From: a virus
Direction: 5' to 3' (one strand)
Length of the DNA stretch: 64,000 nt
IMG/VR virus record: IMGVR_UViG_3300042923_000569
Location: 195,772 to 259,771 of that record
Every line of letters begins with the position of its first letter. Position 1 is the stretch's first letter. The position numbers and the translations under genes are program-made. This document shows, piece after piece, positions 36,756 through 44,148 of the stretch. Below the pieces are notes generated by a model. It saw only the letters and a program-made list of their open reading frames with translations, was not told the DNA's origin and did no database searches.

Positions 36756-37148
36756 TTACTTATTCAGATAACGATGAAAGTAATACATAGGGGAATGTTG
36801 GCGATCTTTCGCTGGCGGTACTTTGTACTTACAAAGCTCATAAACCTTTTGCATCATCTGGATATCAGACGCTGGCAATGCATAGTACTCAGTCTTTTTA
36901 ACATCAATCGCGAAGTGTTGAAGTAGTAAAGCCCTGGCTGATTCAGCACTTAAGCCAGTGTGAAGAATAGCGGCTTTTTCTTCAAATGCTTTAAGCATTT
37001 GCTCGTTAGGCAAATTCTTACGTGGTAACGCATTGATAGTTGCCTTATGGAATTTCTTACCATTGGCTAACAGCAATTCATGTACTGACATTTCTTTGCC
37101 ATTGAACAAGAAACAAAAACCGTTTTCATAACCTCTGACTTCTAACAT
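36756..37148 (-). CDS. hypothetical protein (130 aa)
   Basis: ORF track. Confidence 0.5.
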   Translation of the reverse strand: MLEVRGYENGFCFLFNGKEMSVHELLLANGKKFHKATINALPRKNLPNEQMLKAFEEKAAILHTGLSAESARALLLQHFAIDVKKTEYYALPASDIQMMQKVYELCKYKVPPAKDRQHSPMYYFHRYLNK

Positions 37149-37347
37149 AGTAATCCTCTCAATTAAAATTAACTACTCAATAAGTTTATTATATAGTACT
37201 CGCTTGTTATTGCAAGTACTATCGAACTACTTATTATGATTATCATTGTACAGGCGATCACATAATCGCCCATGATAAACCCGCCCATTCTTTAAACGTT
37301 TACCCAAAGGCATAAACCATTTAAGATGGAAACCAGTAAGAAAGATT

Positions 37348-37482
37348 ATATCTTTCATTCGGAAACTTCTACAGTCCAGCCTTTATAGGCGTCGATGTAA
37401 TTGATCCAGTCCTGGTCATTCCAACGGGCAGTAGTTACACCAGGAGCTTTAAACTTGTAATGTCCAGCTTTATATGCTTCCA
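37348..37482 (-). CDS. small protein (~44 aa; below cutoff)
   Basis: MTKMEAYKAGHYKFKAPGVTTARWNDQDWINYIDAYKGWTVEVSE behind the conserved ttaattgagaggtgatac leader; ATGA-coupled to a second ~43-aa ORF ending near 37228. Confidence 0.35.
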
Positions 37483-37574
37483 TCTTAGTCATGTATCACC
37501 TCTCAATTAAAATTAACTACTCAATAAGTTTATTATATAGTACTCGCTTGTTATTGCAAGTACTATCGAACTAC

Positions 37575-37976
37575 TTACAGATCTTTTTTACGCTTCACAT
37601 CATTGCAGTTATCATAGTAAGGAATCGATAACATATTACACAACGTGTACAGGGTACGCACACGAACATTGTCAAAATCAACAAAGTTCCCCTGTACTGC
37701 TTCGCGGAAAATAGTATAACCAGTGTATTCATACTGATTACCATGCCCAGGCATAAACTCATTGCGAACTACATCGATCCAGACCTGTTCACCTTCAGGC
37801 CGGTTATAGTGGTTAGCGTTTAACTCGTTTGCCTTTTCCACATCAACCAGGCAGGCGACATAAGTACTGTGATACGTTACGCCTAATGAATCAGTCCAGC
37901 GATTACCAGTAAGAGTAATGCCCTTGATATCTTCCAGGGTTAAACGTGCGATTGTGATTCTAGTATCTTTGTCCAT
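37575..37976 (-). CDS. hypothetical protein (133 aa)
   Basis: ORF track. Confidence 0.5.
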   Translation of the reverse strand: MDKDTRITIARLTLEDIKGITLTGNRWTDSLGVTYHSTYVACLVDVEKANELNANHYNRPEGEQVWIDVVRNEFMPGHGNQYEYTGYTIFREAVQGNFVDFDNVRVRTLYTLCNMLSIPYYDNCNDVKRKKDL

Positions 37977-38102
37977 CTGGTAAACCTCTCAGTTAAAATT
38001 GTGTATCTCGTTTCGATATAAAAGATTATACGCGATTCTAGTTTATGTGCAAGTACTTTTTAAAATGAATTTATAATTATATTTTTTTAATGGGTATAAC
38101 TC

Positions 38103-38186
38103 TGTACCCTATGGGCTAAGCCATTTCTCTGGCGTATGAGTACTATAACAAAAGAGGCTAACTTTCGTCAACCCCTTTTGATAATT
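38103..38186. repeat. degenerate palindromic element half plus degenerate terminator (copy 6)
   Basis: gtaccctatgggctaagccatttctctggcg ... gaggctaactttcgtcaacccc T4. Confidence 0.4.
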
Positions 38187-38188
38187 AA

Positions 38189-38659
38189 TTATAGATACTT
38201 TTCAGGGATAGAATCTTGCTGAATGATTTGCTTTTCAGCCGCGAGTTCTGTTACAAACTCTTTCAGCTTTTTAAAGTACTTGTCATAACCCGCGATTACT
38301 TTATCAGCATCGCCTTTAATCTTGCGTACTGCAATCTTGCGGCTTTCAGCGTACATATGCGGCTTTTCAGTAATGCAAGTTACCCAGGCACCGTCAAATT
38401 CAACTTCCAGATCCTGGAGTTCAACTTCTGAATCATTAAACTTGATTCCTTTGTGAATGTATGACCGGAAAGTTACTGGATCATTCATTCTGATTTTTGC
38501 GGAAACATCATTAATGTCGCCAATCAAACCGCAGAAGATAGCAATACCGCCACCTAGTGCTAGTGGGCTGATTCGAATACTTCCATTAGGAAAGTACTTC
38601 AGAAATGATTCTGTTACTGCTGCCTGGAGTTCGTTGGCTTTCATGTTCTGTTCTCTCAA
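38189..38659 (-). CDS. hypothetical protein (156 aa)
   Basis: ORF track. Confidence 0.5.
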   Translation of the reverse strand: MREQNMKANELQAAVTESFLKYFPNGSIRISPLALGGGIAIFCGLIGDINDVSAKIRMNDPVTFRSYIHKGIKFNDSEVELQDLEVEFDGAWVTCITEKPHMYAESRKIAVRKIKGDADKVIAGYDKYFKKLKEFVTELAAEKQIIQQDSIPEKYL

Positions 38660-38726
38660 TTAAAAAGTTACTATATAACTAATTATAAAGTACTCGCTAG
38701 TTAATGCAAGTACTTTTGATAATTAA

Positions 38727-39170
38727 TTATTCAACAGTTCCCGCCAGGATCTCTCCTACGCGTACCATTTCATAACGATCAACGATTGATAAAGATAGCT
38801 TAGTATCTTTTTGGCGTACACTATACCAGGTATCACCTTCAAACACATAACGGGTAATGTTTTTGTTTGCGATAAGGAACATCAACCATGATTTAGTAGT
38901 TAGTGGCTCTGTGCCAGTTTCACCACGATCACGCCCATAAGCTACAGTATAGCCAGGAACCTTTTTATTGAAGCTGTGACCTTCTGGACACTCGATAGAT
39001 TTATCCAGTACTGACAGATCACCCAGGGCGATTAGTGCCTTTGCACGTTCTGCATCGTTGTAATGCTCAACTAACATTCTACCAGTGTGACCGATATAGC
39101 CATCATAGTTTACAGATGACCAGGTAACATGTTCGCCGTCTTTGATTGCAATAACTGCTGGAGTACCCAT
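38727..39170 (-). CDS. hypothetical protein (147 aa)
   Basis: ORF track. Confidence 0.5.
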   Translation of the reverse strand: MGTPAVIAIKDGEHVTWSSVNYDGYIGHTGRMLVEHYNDAERAKALIALGDLSVLDKSIECPEGHSFNKKVPGYTVAYGRDRGETGTEPLTTKSWLMFLIANKNITRYVFEGDTWYSVRQKDTKLSLSIVDRYEMVRVGEILAGTVE

Positions 39171-39436
39171 TTTTAAATCCTCTCAATTAAAAGTAACATC
39201 GTCTCGTTTCGATATAGGTAATTATATAGTACTGGTAATCGAAAGCAAGTACTTTTTAAAATAAAAGTATAATTAAGAATCAAAAATAAATTTGCATCTA
39301 AAGAAAAATGATGATACGATGTTTATGCGGCGAAAATGTGAGGTTCGCCGCAAGTCCAACGAATGATAACGCATTGTATTACTTTATAGGATAGCTATGG
39401 GTTTGCTATCCTTTTTTTTTTATTTTCGAAAAGGTA

Positions 39437-39465
39437 TTGACTCCACCAGCCAAATAACCGATAAT
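39437..39465 (+). promoter_or_regulatory. sigma70-like promoter (TTGACT-17-GATAAT) with an upstream T-rich/A-rich UP-like tract, plus strand
   Basis: ttttttttttattttcgaaaaggtaTTGACTccaccagccaaataaccGATAATcac. Confidence 0.5.
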
Positions 39466-39473
39466 CACATCAA

Positions 39474-39623
39474 GACGGCGAAACGTCCTTTCCCATAGGG
39501 TGCGGAGCTATGTCTTTAAAGTACTAATTTTCTTACGGGTATTCCTCTGCACCCTATGGGCTACGCCTTTGTCTCGGCTTGTATGTATTATTGCATTTTT
39601 CGGGGATTGAAGTCAACCCCCGA
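39474..39623. repeat. complete quasi-palindromic element (copy 7) with 3' hairpin terminator
   Basis: gacgGCGAAAcgtc; arm cccatagggtgcggag 39492-39507; ~37-nt loop; arm ctctgcaccctatggg 39545-39560; tail ...tcggggattgaagtcaacccccga ttt. Confidence 0.6.
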
Positions 39624-39634
39624 TTTGTAAAGAT

Positions 39635-39991
39635 TTATTCTTCTTGCGTTACACATTCCAGGCGGTAAGTACTGAAATGTTTACGGAATAAATCGCAAGC
39701 CTGATCGCCGTTTTCCGCTTGCATTATAATCGAACCTTCTCGATTATTTTTAATATCGAAATATGTTACTATCCAGCCACGCGTTTTGATTTCAGATAGT
39801 GGCAAGTGAATTGATCCACCGCTGGTTAATTGACCTTCAGGATCTTTGTTGATTGCTTCCTGGTCGATAGTCAGTGAATAGTTTTCACCATCTACAACGT
39901 GGAACAATTCAACAATCGGATCGATGTTTCCACGTTTGTTTGCGATGCGTTCCAGTGTAGAAAGTACTCCGCGAAGTTCTGATAATCTCAT
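39635..39991 (-). CDS. hypothetical protein (118 aa)
   Basis: ORF track. Confidence 0.5.
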   Translation of the reverse strand: MRLSELRGVLSTLERIANKRGNIDPIVELFHVVDGENYSLTIDQEAINKDPEGQLTSGGSIHLPLSEIKTRGWIVTYFDIKNNREGSIIMQAENGDQACDLFRKHFSTYRLECVTQEE

Positions 39992-40030
39992 TTAAAATTT
40001 ACTCTCGTTTGTTGGTGTGTGGTAATAGTA

Positions 40031-40432
40031 CTATACTACTTCAGAAGTAGCAAGAATATTTTCAAAGTATTCGATTAAATCACAAAGTAACTTGTAGCGA
40101 AGTTTACCAGGTTCAGAATCCATTACGCAAAGGTTACGCTGATTCCAATGTAAGTTAACAGCCCGATTAACATCATTATCAGTTAATTGCATTTCAACCG
40201 GATAACCGCAGTGTAAACCCATTTCCACAAATACAGGCTGCAAGTATTCGTGATCGATCCCGGTAACTTCACTGTTAGGAGTGTGGGCGAATACGTGCCA
40301 GCAGATACCATGCTGTCTGGTTAGGTTGAATGATTCACCGTTGATAGTGGTGTAAGTAACATCACGATCTAAACAGTCTTTCATTGCTGTTAGTACTTTC
40401 AGGACTAAAACTGCCTGCTCTGTACGTTTCAT
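40031..40432 (-). CDS. hypothetical protein (133 aa)
   Basis: first ATG (MKRTEQAV...) at 40432 directly behind the conserved ttttaattgagaggcaataca leader. Confidence 0.5.
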   Translation of the reverse strand: MKRTEQAVLVLKVLTAMKDCLDRDVTYTTINGESFNLTRQHGICWHVFAHTPNSEVTGIDHEYLQPVFVEMGLHCGYPVEMQLTDNDVNRAVNLHWNQRNLCVMDSEPGKLRYKLLCDLIEYFENILATSEVV

Positions 40433-40566
40433 TGTATTGCCTCTCAATTAAAATTTGTTTTGTTTCGATACAGGGAAGTTTACACTACTCGAAAGTTTAT
40501 ACAAGTACTTTTATAAAATATTTTTAAACTCTCTGTAACGCATTCTAAGCGATTTAAAGTACTGCC

Positions 40567-40863
40567 TTACACCTTCAACGATTGAACGTTAAAAGCCCCG
40601 CTAATAGGCTTACACGCAAGATCTATAGCATAGTTCGCTTTCTTGTGGATTATGTACATACACGAATCAAACTGATGATTATACGGCATATCATAAACCC
40701 GGCGTTGTACAAGTTCACCACTAACAACAAAGGCCAGGTAGCCGCTGAAGGTACAACTACGCGGGCCAGCACTGGTCATCGTTTTAGCAATACGGGTACG
40801 GGGATCAATCAGGGACGAAATAGGCTTAAGGTTAAGATTGTTATTCATGGCGTTTAGTCTCAA
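40567..40863 (-). CDS. hypothetical protein (98 aa)
   Basis: ORF track; overlapping plus-strand ORF 40582..40857 judged spurious. Confidence 0.45.
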   Translation of the reverse strand: MRLNAMNNNLNLKPISSLIDPRTRIAKTMTSAGPRSCTFSGYLAFVVSGELVQRRVYDMPYNHQFDSCMYIIHKKANYAIDLACKPISGAFNVQSLKV

Positions 40864-40995
40864 TTAAAAGGTAGAATCTAAAACGCTCTGTAATCAATTC
40901 TAAGCGTTTCTAATAGTACTTTAAGCGAATGTATCACAGTACTATTAGAAATGCTTAGCGGGGCATATAGCCCCGCCATGCTGTATTACTTTGTA

Positions 40996-41640
40996 TTACG
41001 CGGCGGTATCTTCAGAGGCTACGCGGAAAGTTTCGATGAAAGTTTCGCGGTCCATGTTTTTAGAAGCTACCAGATCTTTGAGTTCCTGGCTCATGTTGCC
41101 TTTTTCCGGCATATCGTACTGTTTGCCATCGACTTCAACAGTGACGCGGTTGTATGCGTTGTTGCTGCCGGTAAGTGACGCTTTGATCTTCTTACCTACA
41201 CCAGCAACCGCCGCCTGAGCTACTGCCAGATCCACGCCACCAGCTACCAGAAGTTTGAGCATTTTTTCACGTTCTTCTTTCGCTTTCTCTTCCGCTTCAG
41301 CGTTCAGACGTTCACGTTCTGCCTGAGCTTTAACGCGGGCTTCTTCGCGGGCCGCTTCAGCACGTGCGGCTTCTTCTTTCTGGTACTGTACAGCAGCCGG
41401 GATTGCTTTAGACGCTGCAACCAGAATTTTAGAAATCACGTCAGTGTCAGTTGTTTTATCAACAAAGTACTGAGCCAGGTTAGTCGCAACAGTGTTTACG
41501 TGATCAGCAATGTCTGCTTTGTGCTGAGCCAGTACTTCTTTACTGTGTGTCTTACCTTCTTCCGGTGCCGCCAGGGTAGGAGCCTGAGCGAACAGGATTG
41601 AATTCAGTGTTACTTTAGGAGCTTTAGAAGTGTTAGTCAT
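40996..41640 (-). CDS. hypothetical Ala/Glu/Lys-rich coiled-coil protein (214 aa)
   Basis: ORF track; strong GAGGGT RBS; sigma70-like TTGACT-17-TAAATT promoter near 41700-41735 on the minus strand. Confidence 0.6.
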   Translation of the reverse strand: MTNTSKAPKVTLNSILFAQAPTLAAPEEGKTHSKEVLAQHKADIADHVNTVATNLAQYFVDKTTDTDVISKILVAASKAIPAAVQYQKEEAARAEAAREEARVKAQAERERLNAEAEEKAKEEREKMLKLLVAGGVDLAVAQAAVAGVGKKIKASLTGSNNAYNRVTVEVDGKQYDMPEKGNMSQELKDLVASKNMDRETFIETFRVASEDTAA

Positions 41641-42170
41641 GATATTACCCTCGAATTTTTTAAGTTAATTTGTTTGGCCTGATTGTTTCGGCTTGATTAA
41701 AATTTAAACTACTTGTTTCTTTCAGTCAACTACTATTTTCAACTTTCAAGAAACTTTTTTTCTTTCTATCGTCTGGAGCATTTCGCCCTTTCGATAACCA
41801 ACATCTTACACCATCCTTTCTAACTAGCAAGTACTTTTTAAAAACTTTTTTTCGTTCTATCCAAAAGAGAGTTTCTATCTTCAGGACTTGCTAGCCAGGT
41901 TGTTAAAGAGCGGTGTTCCGTGTTGATGTGGTAATAGTACACTAACCATAAAACTCTGCAAGCACTTTCTTATAAAAACTTATAACTTTTTTCATTCGTC
42001 GTTTTTCTTCCTTTATACGCGTAAAGAAACCCACAACACATAGGAAGCATTTACAGCCCTTTAAAGTACTAATCTAAGTGTTTACCAGGCGTAATCCTCC
42101 AGCCTCTTATAGTGCGTCCTATGCGTTCCTATATAGAAGAAACTATTTTCAATCTTTTTAAAGAAAATGC

Positions 42171-42198
42171 TTGCTTCTCTGATTCAGTACTGTATAAT
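42171..42198 (+). promoter_or_regulatory. AGTACT-cassette promoter on the plus strand (TTGCTT-16-TATAAT)
   Basis: aaaatgcTTGCTTctctgattcagtactgTATAATc reading into element copy 8. Confidence 0.5.
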
Positions 42199-42207
42199 CT
42201 TTTATAT

Positions 42208-42312
42208 CGAAGCGAAATTCGTTATCCCATAGGGTGCGGAGATCCGTCTATTGCTTTTTTACTTTTTCCTGGGTATAGCTCCGCACCCTATGGGAAAGGC
42301 CATTTCGCTGGC
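42208..42312. repeat. complete quasi-palindromic element (copy 8) with perfect dyad symmetry
   Basis: cgaaGCGAAAttcg; 4 nt; cccatagggtgcggag; 36-nt loop; ctccgcaccctatggg; 4 nt; gccaTTTCGCtggc. Confidence 0.65.
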
Positions 42313-42492
42313 TTGTACGTATTATTGCATAATTCGATCAGTACTGTCAACAAAAAAGAAAATTAAAATAATGCTTGATCTGGCTGGTGGCTGTGATATT
42401 ATTACCCCGTCAACACGAAAAGACAGCTATTGATTCTGCCTGGTACTAACCAGACGCGGAAGGGGAACTAATGGAAAAACGCAATGAAAAAG

Positions 42493-42620
42493 CGTTTAGC
42501 CATCTAAACGTCTAGAGTGCTAGCCACCTAGATGGATAGCCATTTAGCCGTCTAAACGTCTAGACATATAACCATCCAGAAGTACAGCCATCTTTCCATC
42601 TACACTGCCAGAAGTCTATC
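42493..42620. repeat. iteron-like cluster of CC(A/G)TCTA 7-mers
   Basis: at least 8 copies (ccatctaaacgtctag x2, ccacctagatgg palindrome, ccatttagcc, ccatccag, ccatcttt, ccatctacac, ccgtctgttg) within ~130 bp of non-coding DNA. Confidence 0.5.
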
Positions 42621-42743
42621 CGTCTGTTGATAGCAGATAGGGATAGTACACCCAAAATTTAAGTAAAGTACAACATCGATCTATCCATAATTCTTTGACT
42701 AGGATCATTACATCCTGAAATATACAATACAAAAAATAATAGC

Positions 42744-42806
42744 ACTTAGGATAGTTCCTGGTACTGTAAACATCTACAGCAGGAATTATATTAAGTGCTA
42801 TCAACG
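42744..42806. repeat. long imperfect hairpin / nested inverted repeat
   Basis: atagcactta...ttcctggtactgtaaacatctacagcaggaa...taagtgctat. Confidence 0.4.
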
Positions 42807-42935
42807 TACTTCTAATGTATATTCTCAGTACTAAAGATTCCTGAGAAAGCAGGGTGTCCAGTCAAGACAACTTCGTTACAACGTTACGAGGGGAATCTCG
42901 TATAGTACTGTTACAGTCGGGATTCACCTTCCTGG

Positions 42936-43244
42936 TTACTCTCTTCCGCAACATGGATATATCTTACCATATCTAATTTGCACGTCAAGTACTTTATTTT
43001 TAATTTCCCACATTCTAGTATTCCCTGGGACTGTTGTTTTGTCCAGTGATATCACGCTTCGGTTATAAAATTTACACAACGTTCGAAGTACTTTAAATTT
43101 AAGAATATCCTGAAACTTTTTTGTACTTTTGATGATCCAGGAAAAATCTGATAGGTACTCCAAATTTTTTAGGATTCGTCTTTTTTCTAACGCACCAACC
43201 AAGTTTTTCCCATACCTCATTGTACCTTTTTTAAAAAAGGTCAT
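42936..43244 (-). CDS. possible basic protein (102 aa) inside the 2-kb non-coding hub
   Basis: ORF track only; no clear RBS or promoter seen. Confidence 0.25.
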   Translation of the reverse strand: MTFFKKGTMRYGKNLVGALEKRRILKNLEYLSDFSWIIKSTKKFQDILKFKVLRTLCKFYNRSVISLDKTTVPGNTRMWEIKNKVLDVQIRYGKIYPCCGRE

Positions 43245-43299
43245 TTGTACAAAATGTGCTATTTACATTCGACTTCAGGAAGAGATATAGCGGCAGGGG

Positions 43300-43380
43300 G
43301 TAACAGTACTGTTATGATGTTCTTAGTACTGTTACCATACTCTTAGTACTGTTATGATGTTCTTAGTACTATATCATTAC
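43300..43380. repeat. four tandem ~20-bp direct repeats (TCTTAGTACTGTTATGATGT)
   Basis: gtaacagtactgttatgatgt / tcttagtactgttaccatac / tcttagtactgttatgatgt / tcttagtactatatcattac, about 250 bp upstream of the plus-strand operon. Confidence 0.6.
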
Positions 43381-43625
43381 TATTAATTCTCTGCAATATT
43401 AAAGTACTTTAAACATAATCATAAACCTTCGTAAACGCAATATAAGCGTGTTTGAATCCTGTAGATATCGCTGTGCATATCTCCAGCAAGCAAACAGAAG
43501 CTCTCAGAGAGCGTCCTATGCGGTTATAGGGGGTATTTGGAGGGTATATTATGGTATAGTTCTTAGGTACTGAAATGTTGTATATAGGGTAAATACCTAT
43601 AATATAATAATGGAGAGGGAAGATT

Positions 43626-44135
43626 ATGTTACCATTTTCAATAATGAATCACTACGGTAATGTAGTTGTACGGGATGATTATAAAAGATTTGTAGATGAG
43701 TTAACTAATGACAGTACTAATAAGTTAGTTACATACACACAGTCATACAGTCAGTTAAATGGTACTACATACAATAGGATTTACATGTACGGTACTAATT
43801 CGGTATCTGGAACTATGTGGGGAACACCTTATGGTTCTAGGATGACATGGGACAGTTCATTCAGTAGGGTAATACAGCATTGTTTTCCTACACAGTCTTT
43901 ATATAATGATTTTATTGCTAGTACAAATAATAGCAGGGTAGTATGTTTAGTACGTTCAGATATTACTACTGGAGAGAGTTATATAAGTTTAGCTAGGAAT
44001 GGATATACGAGTTCTACATACGGAAGATTTAGTGGTACGACTATAGATCAGTTCATATACTATGATGAAAGTACTGCTAGGGTGATGATATATAATCCTG
44101 GTACGATGAGTACGCCAGTTTTCTATTACAATTAA
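43626..44135 (+). CDS. hypothetical protein (169 aa), first of three MLPFP-N-terminus paralogs
   Basis: GGAGAGGG RBS; N-terminus MLPFSIMNHYGN shared with the next two genes. Confidence 0.6.
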   Translation: MLPFSIMNHYGNVVVRDDYKRFVDELTNDSTNKLVTYTQSYSQLNGTTYNRIYMYGTNSVSGTMWGTPYGSRMTWDSSFSRVIQHCFPTQSLYNDFIASTNNSRVVCLVRSDITTGESYISLARNGYTSSTYGRFSGTTIDQFIYYDESTARVMIYNPGTMSTPVFYYN

Positions 44136-44148
44136 TGAGGGGAGAGAG

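Noticed and set aside
241-41218. Numerous plus-strand ORFs of 60-105 aa lying inside minus-strand genes (e.g. 241..477, 690..872, 1209..1553, 2768..3085, 3549..3770, 4670..4933, 8159..8371, 9669..9974, 17514..17735, 31632..31943, 40582..40857, 40951..41218)
   Set aside because: They overlap better-supported minus-strand genes in a strongly strand-biased, tightly packed region. They lack RBS and low-complexity translations. They were treated as antisense frame artefacts.
42112-42433. Plus-strand ORFs 42112..42366 and 42251..42433 in the non-coding hub
   Set aside because: They run straight through the promoter and palindromic element and have no RBS; more likely non-coding.
24000-43000. CRISPR array interpretation of the repeated intergenic cassettes
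   Set aside because: The repeats are long, heterogeneous, palindromic modules separated by genes, not short direct repeats with uniform spacers.
43560-43625. T4-type late promoter upstream of the plus-strand operon (ctATAATATAATAatgg)
   Set aside because: No exact TATAAATA; only a near match, so no promoter call was made.
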